NCBI GenBank assembly: GCA_027030635.1
Contig: JALVES010000081.1
Span: 1-40,850, forward strand
Length of the DNA stretch: 40,850 nt
Reading direction: 5' to 3'
Origin: Saprospiraceae bacterium
GTDB lineage: Bacteria; Bacteroidota; Bacteroidia; Chitinophagales; Saprospiraceae
In this document: positions 9,231 to 18,583 of the stretch, piece after piece
Layout of the letters: every line of letters begins with the position of its first letter
Numbering within the stretch: position 1 is the first letter of the stretch
Notes under the pieces: generated by a model
Told to the model about the DNA's origin: nothing
The model's input: the letters and a program-made list of their open reading frames with translations, nothing else
Databases searched by the model: none
Translations under genes and position numbers: made by a program

Positions 9231-11015
9231 TTATGAGTTTGCGAGGTAGAGCTTTTCGATTTCCTTTTGATAGCGTTCCTCAATTTTGTGCCGGACAATT
9301 TTCATGGTGGGCGTCAGGAGGCCCTCTTCTGTGGTCCATTCATCGGCGATGAGGAGGAAATGCCGGATGCGTTCGTGGGGTTCGAAATCCTCATTGATTT
9401 TCTCGACCACCTTGTGCATGTGCTGTTGCACTTTGAGGTTGTGAACCATGTAAGCCGGTGCTGTCCAGTGGATGTCGTTTTCTTCGCACCATTGTTGAAG
9501 GAGGGGAAAGCAGGGGGTGATGAGCGCTATGGGGAAGGGGCGCCCCGAGCCCAGTGCCATGCATTGCTCTATCCAGGGGGAGCGCTTGAGTCGTTCTTCA
9601 ATTTTTTGAGGGGAGATGTATTTGCCAGAGGAGGTTTTAAAGAGGTCTTTGATGCGCCCGGTGATTTGCAGGAAGCGCCCTTTGACCCAGCGGCCGCGGT
9701 CGCCGGTGTGGAACCAGCCTTCTTCGTCTATGGCGGCCGCGGTTTCTTTAGGCAGTTTGTGGTAGCCCAGCATGACGTTGGGGCCCCGCACACAAATTTC
9801 GCCTTCGCCGGAGGGGTCGTCTATGCGCACTTCCACGCCGGGTATGGGCACGCCCACCGTGCCGAAGCGATACATGCCGCGGTTGAATTGGTTGAAAGCA
9901 ATGACCGGAGAGGTTTCCGTCAGGCCATAGCCTTCGCGCAGTTCGATGCCGGCTGCAGAGAAGAGGCAGGCCAGCTCCATTTGCAGGGGGGCCGCACCTA
10001 CGAAGATTCCCTTCAGGCTTCCGCCAAATAAACGCCGCCACTTGTGATAAACCAGAAGGCTCAGCGCTTTGTGGTGCAGCCAATAGAGCGGATTGCGCAG
10101 TTTTTTGCCTCTGTGCCTGCGCCCGAATTTGAGGGCATGCATCATCAGTTTACGTCCAATCCAGGATTTATGCAGGGCGGCATCTGTGATCTTTTTTTGT
10201 ACTTTTTCCAGAAGCCGGGGCACGCTGGTAAAGTAATGGGGACGCACATCCTGCATGTCCCTGAGCAACTGGTCCATGCTTTTGGTGTAATAGATCGAGG
10301 CCCCCACCGCCATATAGGCATAGGAGACCATGCGCTCAAAGACGTGGCTGAGAGGCAGGTAAGAGACCACGCGATGGCGGGCATTGACGGGGATGAGCGC
10401 GATGGTCGCTTTGATGTTGCTGACGATGTTTTTGTGGGAGAGTAAGACGCCTTTGGGCCGGCCCGTAGTGCCGGAGGTATAGATGATGGTGCAGGGATCG
10501 TCTTCGTGAATGACGCCGCGATAAGTGTCTAAGTCGGCGAGATGCTTTTCCAGAGGTGTGGTGGCGATGTCTTCGAGGGAGGAAGCGCCTTCCAGGGGCG
10601 TCAGCCCATAGACTTCTTTAAGCCCGGGCACTTGCGTGGCAGCCCGGCGGGCTTTGGCCAGCAAATCTTTGCCTGAGACAAAGCAGTAAATGGCTTCCGA
10701 ATCGCGCAGGATGAATTCCAAATCGCCTTGTGTAGTGGTGGCATGTATGGGCACCACCAAAACGCCGATGTGGTGCAATGCCATGTCGAGGATGTTCCAA
10801 TGGGCGCTGCCGTGATCGGCGAGCATAGCGACTTTTTGACCTTTTTTGAGGCCGAGATCGAGCAAACCTGCAGCGCAGCGCTGAATTTCCTCGATCAGTT
10901 GTTGGGTGGAAAAGCGCTCCCAGCGCCCCAGTTTTCGGTGGGCAATGGCCGTTTTTTGCGGGTATTTGGCCGCCTGGTAAGGCAAAATGTCGAACAGGCG
11001 CCTGAAGTCTTTCAT
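9231..11015 (-). CDS. AMP-dependent long-chain acyl-CoA ligase (FadD-like)
   Basis: 594 aa. AMP-binding motif IIYTSGTTGRPKGVLLSH, plus GYGLTET and HTGDRG...ITGRIKD motifs. Confidence 0.88.
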   Translation of the reverse strand: MKDFRRLFDILPYQAAKYPQKTAIAHRKLGRWERFSTQQLIEEIQRCAAGLLDLGLKKGQKVAMLADHGSAHWNILDMALHHIGVLVVPIHATTTQGDLEFILRDSEAIYCFVSGKDLLAKARRAATQVPGLKEVYGLTPLEGASSLEDIATTPLEKHLADLDTYRGVIHEDDPCTIIYTSGTTGRPKGVLLSHKNIVSNIKATIALIPVNARHRVVSYLPLSHVFERMVSYAYMAVGASIYYTKSMDQLLRDMQDVRPHYFTSVPRLLEKVQKKITDAALHKSWIGRKLMMHALKFGRRHRGKKLRNPLYWLHHKALSLLVYHKWRRLFGGSLKGIFVGAAPLQMELACLFSAAGIELREGYGLTETSPVIAFNQFNRGMYRFGTVGVPIPGVEVRIDDPSGEGEICVRGPNVMLGYHKLPKETAAAIDEEGWFHTGDRGRWVKGRFLQITGRIKDLFKTSSGKYISPQKIEERLKRSPWIEQCMALGSGRPFPIALITPCFPLLQQWCEENDIHWTAPAYMVHNLKVQQHMHKVVEKINEDFEPHERIRHFLLIADEWTTEEGLLTPTMKIVRHKIEERYQKEIEKLYLANS

Positions 11016-11156
11016 GTCATTGCTTGTTGGGCAAATATTGCCTTTTGTTTAAGTTGGTTGTATCGCTATGGCAGAGCAAGATAGTGAAAAATCTGAATAT
11101 GGAGCTATGCTCAAAGCACAGGAGTTTGAGTGGTCTTCGACACCCAAACTCCCGGG

Positions 11157-12515
11157 TCAGCGACCTTGCATCTCCTCTGCCATCCAGTCCAGGTATTCCC
11201 TGAGTTTTCCCGCGAGGAAATAGGGCAGATTGAGCAGATAGTAGGGTTTATGAGCTGTAATGGTCTTTGTTTTTTGCAGAAGAAGGGGGCCTTTGTACAT
11301 GCGTACAGCCATTTGATGCGGAGCCCGCTCCATGAATTGATGCAGAGAGCGCAGCCTTCCGGTTTTTCCGCTTTTTACTTCTATGGGGATGATTTTCCCT
11401 TTGTGAACGATGACGAAATCCACTTCGGCATCACCGCTTCCTTTATCTCTGACCCAAAAGGAGAAGGGCGGCAAGATGGACTGGTGTTTGGAAGTTATTT
11501 CCTGGGCTGCGATTTGTTCAGTGATTCTTGCGCGGTATTTTTCATTCAAGTCGCTGATATGCAGGAGTTCCTCCTGCCAGTGATTGTAGTAATTGACCAG
11601 GCCGGTATCACACCAAAAGAGCTTTGGAGCTTTTTTGTAGTCCGGTTTGAGCGGAAGTTGAGTTTCTGTTGTAGGGTATATCAGATGCAGCAGAAAGGCC
11701 TTTTCCAAAGCTCTAAAAGCTTCCGAGACTTCTCGCGAGCGGTAAGAAGATGCTCCGAAGTTTTGAAATTTAATGCGGCTTCCCACCTCGGCAAATCCTG
11801 TATGGATGATGTGTCTCAGCACTTTTTTTTGCGTGGGATTTTTGCCGTATTTTTCCACATCCTGCAAGTAGCCCGAAATGAGTCCGTCATATTTTGCTGA
11901 TAGTTGAAGAATGTCCTTTCTGTCTATGTAGGTTTGTAGAATTTCAGGCATCCCTCCGATCATGGCATAGGTGTGGAATACTTCAAAGAGCGGAGTGGTT
12001 GCAAAATCATTGAGGGGTATTTTCTGATACTCTTGAAGCAGTGTTTCAGCTTCGGTCGTCATGAGGTACTCCTCAAAACTGACGGGGTAAATATTCAGGT
12101 ATTCGACCCTTCCTACGGGAAAGCTTTCTTTGAATTCCAATAAGGTCTCGAGCAATGAGCCGGCAGCTATGGTTTTCAGACTTGGATGTTCTTCATACAG
12201 ATACCGCAACTGTTTGATTGCTGTGGGCGAATACTGTATCTCGTCCAGAAATAGAAGGGTGTGTTCGGGCTCCCAGGGAATGCGGGCCTGCAGGAAAAGG
12301 CTTTGCAGTAGTTTGTCCAGATTTTTTTGTTGCTCAAAAAGCTGCCGGTTTTCTTCTTTCTCCAGATTAATTTCGAGAAAGTACTTGAAGCGTTTCCCGA
12401 ATTCGCGGGCAATCCAGGTTTTCCCTGTTTGTCTCGCTCCTCTCAGGACTATAGGTTTCCTGTCGGAGCGTTTGACCCATTTTTCGAGCTCCTGAAGTGC
12501 TGTTCTGGCAATCAT
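11157..12515 (-). CDS. AAA+ ATPase (COG1373-like, AAA_14 + DUF4143 architecture) with C-terminal PD-(D/E)xK-like nuclease motif
   Basis: 452 aa. Walker A LRGARQTGKTW and Walker B LLFLDEIQ. C-terminal motif GDAEVDFVIVHKGKIIPIEVKSGK has a D...ExK nuclease-fold pattern. Confidence 0.8.
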   Translation of the reverse strand: MIARTALQELEKWVKRSDRKPIVLRGARQTGKTWIAREFGKRFKYFLEINLEKEENRQLFEQQKNLDKLLQSLFLQARIPWEPEHTLLFLDEIQYSPTAIKQLRYLYEEHPSLKTIAAGSLLETLLEFKESFPVGRVEYLNIYPVSFEEYLMTTEAETLLQEYQKIPLNDFATTPLFEVFHTYAMIGGMPEILQTYIDRKDILQLSAKYDGLISGYLQDVEKYGKNPTQKKVLRHIIHTGFAEVGSRIKFQNFGASSYRSREVSEAFRALEKAFLLHLIYPTTETQLPLKPDYKKAPKLFWCDTGLVNYYNHWQEELLHISDLNEKYRARITEQIAAQEITSKHQSILPPFSFWVRDKGSGDAEVDFVIVHKGKIIPIEVKSGKTGRLRSLHQFMERAPHQMAVRMYKGPLLLQKTKTITAHKPYYLLNLPYFLAGKLREYLDWMAEEMQGR

Positions 12516-12533
12516 TTGGCGGTGTATTTACCG

Positions 12534-12541
12534 CAAATGTA
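12534..12541 (-). promoter_or_regulatory. -7 promoter box TACATTTG for the ATPase gene
   Basis: Exact TAnnTTTG on the minus strand, about 19 nt upstream of the ATG at 12515. Confidence 0.45.
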
Positions 12542-12592
12542 ACATTTTACACCATATTTGTTACAAAGTTTGTAATATTTTACACCATATTT
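12538..12592. repeat. 33-bp-period direct repeat (1.7 copies) enclosing a 15-bp perfect palindrome
   Basis: tgtaaYattttacaccatattt occurs at 12538-12559 and 12571-12592, with 21 of 22 bases identical. The palindrome ttacaaa-g-tttgtaa lies between them at 12561-12575. Confidence 0.85.
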
Positions 12593-12598
12593 AAGCCA

Positions 12599-12635
12599 AG
12601 AGAGGGGGTGCGTGCTTTGCACGCCCCCCCTCTCT
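12599..12635. other. 17-bp-arm hairpin with one mismatch
   Basis: agagagggggtgcgtgc ttt gcacgccccccctctct. Confidence 0.8.
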
Positions 12636-12676
12636 ATAAAAAAGAGGAGTGCTTCGCACTCCTCTTTTTTATAGAG
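12632..12676 (-). terminator. Perfect 21-bp-arm inverted repeat, a probable bidirectional rho-independent terminator
   Basis: ctctataaaaaagaggagtgc ttc gcactcctcttttttatagag. The GC core is flanked by A6 and T6. It overlaps the YceI stop codon at 12669-12671. Confidence 0.7.
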
Positions 12677-13337
12677 AGGCTTGCAATTTGATTTGCAGGC
12701 CAATTTGATCATTGATGAGCCGGTCTTTAGCCGTACCGATGATACCGGATTTGTAGGTGATGCCCCATTGCGTGCGGTCAATGGTGAATTTGGGCGTTTC
12801 GACCTCTACATAGGTTTCGGCGACCTGTACTTTGGCGGGGATGCTGATGCTTTTGGTGATGCCTTTGATGGTGAGGTTTCCGGTGATGAGGTAGTTGGCG
12901 TCTTCGCGTCCGGCTAAGGGTTTGGCATCTGTGATGACGAAGGTAGCCGTAGGGAATTGCCCGGCGTCAAAGAAATCCGAAGAGCGCAGGTGGTTTTGGA
13001 GGTCTTCTTTGTCCTGGCCTTCCTGGTCGGTGTTTTCGATGCTGTTCATATCTATGATGAACTCTCCGCCGGAGATTTTTCCGTTGGCCATTTGCAGGTG
13101 GCCTTTTTGGAGTTTGATGATGCCCGTATGGCCTCCTCCGGGTTTGGTACCCTCCCAGAAGATTCGGGCGTTATCGGCATCTACGGTCAGTTTGGCAGAG
13201 TTTTCTGCAGGGCTGTCTTGTTGCTCATTTTGTTGTGCTTCGGAGGCTTCTACCTGCTCGCCTTCGGGAGCTTGAGAGCAGGAGGCTGCAAAAAGGAGCA
13301 GGCTAAAGAGAAGGAAGAAAGTGCTAAGTCGCTGCAT
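12669..13337 (-). CDS. YceI family lipoprotein
   Basis: 222 aa. Lipobox LLLFAASC and an acidic Q/E linker. YceI-like core: ARIFWEGTKPGGGHTGIIKL...ATFVITDAKP...GNLTIKGITKSISIPAKV. Confidence 0.8.
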   Translation of the reverse strand: MQRLSTFFLLFSLLLFAASCSQAPEGEQVEASEAQQNEQQDSPAENSAKLTVDADNARIFWEGTKPGGGHTGIIKLQKGHLQMANGKISGGEFIIDMNSIENTDQEGQDKEDLQNHLRSSDFFDAGQFPTATFVITDAKPLAGREDANYLITGNLTIKGITKSISIPAKVQVAETYVEVETPKFTIDRTQWGITYKSGIIGTAKDRLINDQIGLQIKLQASL

Positions 13338-13513
13338 GGATGAAATGGTTTAAGTGATTTTGGTGATTTGTCGTGCTTTGTACTAATACATTCTTGCCCA
13401 TTAAAAGGTTTTGCGTAATTTTAGGCAAAATTAGAAAAGGCGGTGTCTTTCGCCTTTTACGGTGGCAGTTTGTATGGCAAGCTGTTTTAATTCTGGAAAA
13501 CAAAAAAGAAACT

Positions 13514-16500
13514 ATGAAGTCTGTTTACTCTTTGCGCTTGTTTAAACGCGTGCCCGCATACCTTTGGGCTTTTTTGCTATTGCCTTTTTCGGCTTTGGCT
13601 CAGGTAACACCTGAGGCGGGTACTGTGGAGTGTTTCCTGGTGGGCTCCGGAGGTCTGTTTGTGGATCAGGGAGGTCAGGGTGGCAGCAGCGATTCGCAGG
13701 GCGCACCCGGCAATTACGACAATTGCGATTGCGTAACTACGACGACTCTTTGCCCCGTAGATGGCTCGGCCTTGACTGTGGATTTTACGGCTTTTGGAGT
13801 AGGCGCTGCCTTTGACTGGCTGGTGATTCTGGATGGCGACAATCCCGATGGAGAGACTTATCCGTATTCTATTTTGGCTGACCCCGGTAATGCCGCTTTG
13901 CAGTTGTTCAACAACTCCAATGGCAGCTCTGCTTATGGCGGAGCCGACAACTATGGTGCAGGCTTACAGCAGGGCGTGGGGAACTTATTGCAAATGGACG
14001 TTACGAGCTATACGGCGAGCAATGCCACGGGCTGCCTGACCTTTGTATTCAGAGCTTCCGGCACTTTGGATAACCTGGGCTGGGAAGCCGCGCTTTCCAC
14101 TGCAGACGGAGCCGGTCATCCGGGCGATGACATAAGCTGTGATGTAAACATTTCCTGCTTTCCGGTGGGCAATCCTTATGTTTTCAACATTACGCCTGGC
14201 GGTGCTGAAGTGAGTTGGAATGAGGTTGCAGGGGCAGAGGCCTACATCGTGGAGTACGGCCCTGCAGGTTTCATTCCCGGCAATGGCATTTTTGTCTCCA
14301 CTACAGAGACCGGTTTTACCCTGGAAAATCTCGAAGAATATACCGCCTATGACGTTTACATTTATACAGACTGCGGCAACGGCGAGCTGAGCCTTCCGGC
14401 AGGCCCGCTCAACTTCCAAACGCCCTGGCTGAACCCGCCGACGACTTGTACTTATTCTTTGGACTTGTTTGACTCCTTCGGCAATGGCTGGAATGGAGCG
14501 CAACTGGAAGTCAATATAGACGGAGATATTCAAATATTTACTCTTTTCAATGGCAGCAGTGCTACTTATACCTTTGACGTATTGGATGGAGTGCCGGTCA
14601 TCCTGACCTACTCTCCGGGTTCTTTTGAAAATGAGGTCTCTTATGTGATGTACGATTCAGACGGCAATCCGGTCTTTTCAGACGGGCCTTTTCCGGCTAC
14701 GGGAGAAGTTTACAACAGCCCGGCTTTTTGCCCGGCCTGCCCGGGAATTTCTCCTACGGGGGTAACGGTTTCTAATATAACGGAGAGCACGGCAGACATC
14801 TCCTGGACGGACAACGGCGCCGCTCAACAATACGTGGTGGAATACGGCCCTGCGGGTTTTCCCCAGGGTATTGGTCTGACGATGACTACGACTTCTCCTT
14901 CGGTTACGCTGACGGGCTTAAACTCGTTTCTGAATTATGAATTTTACATCTATGCCGATTGCGGCGCCGATGGTACGAGCAGCGTGGCAGGGCCTTTCTC
15001 CTTCCAGACGATGAGTAGTGGAGGCGGTGGTGCCACTTGTACTTACACCCTGCAACTGCACGATTCCTTTGGCGATGGTTGGAATGGCGCATTCTTAACC
15101 GTTGAGCAAAACGGCGTTGCTACGGATTACACCATTGACTTTAGCGGCAATGGCTCCGATGAGACCTATATGGTGGATTTGATCAGCAATTTGCCGGTTA
15201 CGATTTCCTATTCACCGGGCTTCTTTGAGAGCGAGGTTACTTTTGAGATCCTGGACCCCGACGGAAACATCATCTATGAAGACGGGCCTTTCCCTCAGAC
15301 GGGCGTCATTTTGGAATTTCTGGCCTGCCCCTCTTGTGCCGGCCCAACCAATTTCCATGTAGAGGATGTGAATGCTGACAATGCCACCTTTGCCTGGGAT
15401 GTTGCACAGGATGCAGGGGAGTACGTTTTGGAATATGGCACTTTCGGCTTTACGCTCGGCACAGGAACGGCCATGACTTTGACGGATGCGACTTCTGCCA
15501 CCATCACAGGTTTAGAGGAGAATACGTACTATGACGTTTACCTGAGCTACACCTGTGATGACGGCGAACAGGGCGCACGCCTCGGCCCCATACTCATCCA
15601 TACGCGTTGGTTTAACGATGTGGGTATTTCCGGCATCTTTTCCCCCACAGAGGCCGATTGCAACCTCAGCGCTGCCGAGCAGGTGGTCGTGGGCATTCAC
15701 AACTACGGGCAAAATCCACAATCGCTGATTGACTTTTTCTATGCTGTAAACGGCCAAAAGGCTCCCATTCCCTATCCTACAGATGGCTTTTTTACGGGAG
15801 TCGTGAGCAATGACAGCACGGAAGTCGTGCCCTTTGAAACGCTATATGACCTTTCTGAACCCGGCTATTACCTCATTGAGGCCTGGACAGCATTGGAGAC
15901 GGACAGCAACCTGTCTAACGACACTTTCCGCTTAGAAGTGGTAACGGCAGCGCCTTTGCCCCTGGTGGAAGATTTTGAAAGCGGAGCTTTGGATGCAGAT
16001 TGGTCAACCAGCGCTTTCAATCCGATTTATGCGCCGAACAGCCACAACAACCCCACTTGGGTCTGTGGCGTGAATCTGTATTCTTTCAACAACACCTTTT
16101 TCCTGCAGACCAATCGCGTGGGCTCTTTGGGACCGAGTGAAGAACTCAGCTTCGAGTATCGCTATGTGGATTGGTTCGCCGGCACAAACGCCACTATTTT
16201 GGGGCCTGATGACAAATTAGAGGTGCAAATCTCCACCGATTGCGAGGCGAGCTGGACGACCGTTTATACCATAGATGCGTCCAATCACACGCCTACAGCC
16301 GATTTTACGGAAGTGAGCATAGACCTGTCTCCCTTCGCAGGGCAGGCCATTACAGTGCGCTTCCAGGCCACCTGGGGCTCAGGGGATTACTGGCTGGATT
16401 TGGACAACATCAATGTTACCGGCTGCCCTTCCAGTTTTATCCTTTCGGCAAATGTACAGGACGAGAGCAGCGCCGGCGCTGCAGACGGAAGCATCTCTGT

Positions 16501-16930
16501 GAGCCCGACCATTGGCACGGCTCCTTTCACCTATGTGTGGTCAAATAATGCCATAGGTCCGCTGAACGACAATCTTTCGGCAGGCACTTATTCGGTAACG
16601 GTTACGGATGCCAACGGCTGCCAGGAGGTAGCTGCTTATGAAGTAGGTGTAGGTACGGCTGTACAAACACCCGACTTCATCCAACGCCTGTTGGTAGCTC
16701 CGAATCCTACGGCAGGACGGGCCGTTGTGGAGTTAAGCCTGTACGAGCCGGCTTCTGTGGAATTGGACGTCTTTACGGCTTTAGCCCAGCCCATAGCGCA
16801 TTACGAGCCCGGGCAGGGCAAGCAGTTCAGGCAGGAGTTAGACCTCTCCGAGCAGCCTCCGGGCATGTATTATCTGCGAATACGGGCCGGAGAGCAGGTT
16901 TACATGGCTAAACTTTTGCTCGCTAAGTAA
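13514..16930 (+). CDS. Very large multidomain T9SS-secreted surface protein. Domain order: CUB-like, 3 x FN3, 2 x DSFG(D/N)GWNG modules, choice-of-anchor-J/MAM-like, SprB-like repeat, CTD
   Basis: Signal peptide MKSVYSLRLFKRVPAYLWAFLLLPFSALAQ (ORF open from 13373). FN3 modules contain Y(I/V)(V/L)EYG(P/T)(A/F)GF. Duplicated Cys-bracketed modules are CTYSLDLFDSFGNGWNGAQLEV... and CTYTLQLHDSFGDGWNGAFLTV... The VEDFESGALDADWS...WLDLDNINVTGC region follows. SprB-like repeat GSISVSPTIGTAPFTYVWSNN...GTYSVTVTDANGC. CTD reads LLVAPNPTAGRAVVELSL...GMYYLRI. Confidence 0.85.
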   Translation: MKSVYSLRLFKRVPAYLWAFLLLPFSALAQVTPEAGTVECFLVGSGGLFVDQGGQGGSSDSQGAPGNYDNCDCVTTTTLCPVDGSALTVDFTAFGVGAAFDWLVILDGDNPDGETYPYSILADPGNAALQLFNNSNGSSAYGGADNYGAGLQQGVGNLLQMDVTSYTASNATGCLTFVFRASGTLDNLGWEAALSTADGAGHPGDDISCDVNISCFPVGNPYVFNITPGGAEVSWNEVAGAEAYIVEYGPAGFIPGNGIFVSTTETGFTLENLEEYTAYDVYIYTDCGNGELSLPAGPLNFQTPWLNPPTTCTYSLDLFDSFGNGWNGAQLEVNIDGDIQIFTLFNGSSATYTFDVLDGVPVILTYSPGSFENEVSYVMYDSDGNPVFSDGPFPATGEVYNSPAFCPACPGISPTGVTVSNITESTADISWTDNGAAQQYVVEYGPAGFPQGIGLTMTTTSPSVTLTGLNSFLNYEFYIYADCGADGTSSVAGPFSFQTMSSGGGGATCTYTLQLHDSFGDGWNGAFLTVEQNGVATDYTIDFSGNGSDETYMVDLISNLPVTISYSPGFFESEVTFEILDPDGNIIYEDGPFPQTGVILEFLACPSCAGPTNFHVEDVNADNATFAWDVAQDAGEYVLEYGTFGFTLGTGTAMTLTDATSATITGLEENTYYDVYLSYTCDDGEQGARLGPILIHTRWFNDVGISGIFSPTEADCNLSAAEQVVVGIHNYGQNPQSLIDFFYAVNGQKAPIPYPTDGFFTGVVSNDSTEVVPFETLYDLSEPGYYLIEAWTALETDSNLSNDTFRLEVVTAAPLPLVEDFESGALDADWSTSAFNPIYAPNSHNNPTWVCGVNLYSFNNTFFLQTNRVGSLGPSEELSFEYRYVDWFAGTNATILGPDDKLEVQISTDCEASWTTVYTIDASNHTPTADFTEVSIDLSPFAGQAITVRFQATWGSGDYWLDLDNINVTGCPSSFILSANVQDESSAGAADGSISVSPTIGTAPFTYVWSNNAIGPLNDNLSAGTYSVTVTDANGCQEVAAYEVGVGTAVQTPDFIQRLLVAPNPTAGRAVVELSLYEPASVELDVFTALAQPIAHYEPGQGKQFRQELDLSEQPPGMYYLRIRAGEQVYMAKLLLAK

Positions 16931-16936
16931 TGTAAG

Positions 16937-16968
16937 AAATAAAGGAGATGCGATGCATCTCCTTTATT
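16937..16968 (+). terminator. Rho-independent terminator hairpin
   Basis: aaataaaggagatgc gat gcatctcctttatt, starting 7 nt after the stop at 16930. Confidence 0.65.
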
Positions 16969-17014
16969 CTTATAAGAGAAAGCGGTTTGGCAAGCTGCAT
17001 AGATATTATTTGGC

Positions 17015-18181
17015 ATGAGGATAGGCATTGTATGTTACCCGACCTTTGGCGGCTCCGGTGTGCTGGCCACGGAGTTGGGCCTTGCTCTGGCAGAAAAAGG
17101 CCATCAGGTGCATTTCATCACTTACCGCCAGCCGGCCCGTCTGAATATTTTCCAGGAAAATGTCTTTTACCACGAAGTCTGTGTGGCGGATTATCCACTC
17201 TTTGAGTATCCGCCTTACGATACGGCTCTGGCCAGCAAGTTGGTAGATGTGGCCCGCTTTGAAAAACTGGATTTGCTGCACGTGCATTATGCCCTCCCCC
17301 ATGCTGCTGTAGCCTATATGGCTAAAAAAATTCTGGAATCTCACGGCATCGCACTACCTGTGGTAACGACTCTGCACGGTACGGATATCACAGTGGTCGG
17401 GCATATCCCGACTTTTGCGCCGGTGGTGAAGTTTTCCATTGAGCAATCCGATGGCGTTACGGCTGTCTCTCAAAGCCTGAAAGAGGACACCTATAAGCTA
17501 TTCGATGTGCAAAAAGACATTCGCGTCATTTACAACTTTGTAGATTTTGACCGCTTCCGCAAATGCAATAAGGACCATTTTAAGAAGGCCATTGCTCCAC
17601 AGGGAGAGCGCATTCTGGTGCATACCTCCAACTTCAGAAAGGTTAAACGGGTTGATGATGTCATCCGGATATTTCACAAAGTACAGCAAAAAATGCCTGC
17701 AAAGCTGTTGCTGATTGGAGACGGCCCGGAGCGACACAACATGGAAGAACTTTGCCGTCAACTCTCGTTATGTGATGACATTCGTTTTCTCGGCAAGCAG
17801 GATGCCGTAGAGGAGTTGCTCTGCATTGCCGATTTGTTTTTGCTGCCTTCCGAGCACGAGAGCTTTGGCCTGGCTGCCTTAGAGGCCATGGCCTGTGAAG
17901 TTCCCGTCATTTCTTCCAATACCGGCGGCCTGCCGGAAGTCAACATCCACGGGAAAACGGGCTTTCTGGCTCCCGTGGGCGATGTAGATGCCATGGCCGA
18001 TTATGCTCTGCAAATTCTGGGCTCTGACGAAAATCTGGAGCGCTTCCGTCGTCATGCCCTGGAGCAGGCGCACAGGTTTGACCTTTATCGCATTCTTCCT
18101 CAGTACGAGGCCTATTACGAAGAGGTCATTGCCGGCTCCATGGCAGATGTGGAGGCGCCTCGTTCGAGAGTGAATTCATAG
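17015..18181 (+). CDS. bshA: GT4 glycosyltransferase, probably N-acetyl-alpha-D-glucosaminyl L-malate synthase (bacillithiol biosynthesis BshA)
   Basis: 388 aa. N-terminus [43 protein letters not shown] matches my memory of BshA N-termini. GT4 C-terminal motif [30 protein letters not shown]. The GT4 call is firm. The BshA subfamily call rests on memory only. Confidence 0.65.
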   Translation: MRIGIVCYPTFGGSGVLATELGLALAEKGHQVHFITYRQPARLNIFQENVFYHEVCVADYPLFEYPPYDTALASKLVDVARFEKLDLLHVHYALPHAAVAYMAKKILESHGIALPVVTTLHGTDITVVGHIPTFAPVVKFSIEQSDGVTAVSQSLKEDTYKLFDVQKDIRVIYNFVDFDRFRKCNKDHFKKAIAPQGERILVHTSNFRKVKRVDDVIRIFHKVQQKMPAKLLLIGDGPERHNMEELCRQLSLCDDIRFLGKQDAVEELLCIADLFLLPSEHESFGLAALEAMACEVPVISSNTGGLPEVNIHGKTGFLAPVGDVDAMADYALQILGSDENLERFRRHALEQAHRFDLYRILPQYEAYYEEVIAGSMADVEAPRSRVNS

Positions 18182-18315
18182 CAGGAGGCTAAACGATTCT
18201 CTTTTCACTGCGTCATAGTTTTGCAGCGGGTAACTTTTAGGTGTGTAGCCGCGTTCATTTGTAGAGGGATTTGCATCATTTTTGCCGAAAGGCGTAAAAT
18301 CCCCTGTTCTTATCG

Positions 18316-18323
18316 TATCTTTG
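18316..18323 (+). promoter_or_regulatory. -7 promoter box TATCTTTG
   Basis: Exact TAnnTTTG 20 nt upstream of the tatA ATG. Confidence 0.45.
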
Positions 18324-18342
18324 TCGTCAAAAGAGATTCATC

Positions 18343-18573
18343 ATGAAGACTTTACTGCTTTTTAATTTTTTTGGGCCGGAAATGCTGGTCGTATTTTTTG
18401 CCATTCTGCTTTTGTTTGGCGGCAAGAAGATTCCCGAGTTGATGCGCGGCATTGGCAAGGGCATTAGCGAGTTCAACCGCGCACGTTCGGCCGTGGAGCA
18501 CGAGTTGAAGGAGGGTATGAAAGAAGAGGAGCGCAAAAAAACGCTCCCCAAATCAACTGAGGAAGAGGCCTAA
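18343..18573 (+). CDS. tatA: Twin-arginine translocase subunit TatA/E
   Basis: 76 aa. One TM helix followed by an amphipathic helix: [33 protein letters not shown]. Confidence 0.85.
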   Translation: MKTLLLFNFFGPEMLVVFFAILLLFGGKKIPELMRGIGKGISEFNRARSAVEHELKEGMKEEERKKTLPKSTEEEA

Positions 18574-18583
18574 TCTTTTCTAA

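Noticed and set aside
9267-10031. 254-aa antisense ORF opposite the acyl-CoA ligase
   Set aside because: It is a shadow ORF. AMP-binding motifs are unambiguous on the minus strand.
11130-11900. 256-aa plus-strand ORF opposite ATPase paralogue 1
   Set aside because: It is a shadow ORF. The minus frame carries Walker A and B motifs and the nuclease motif.
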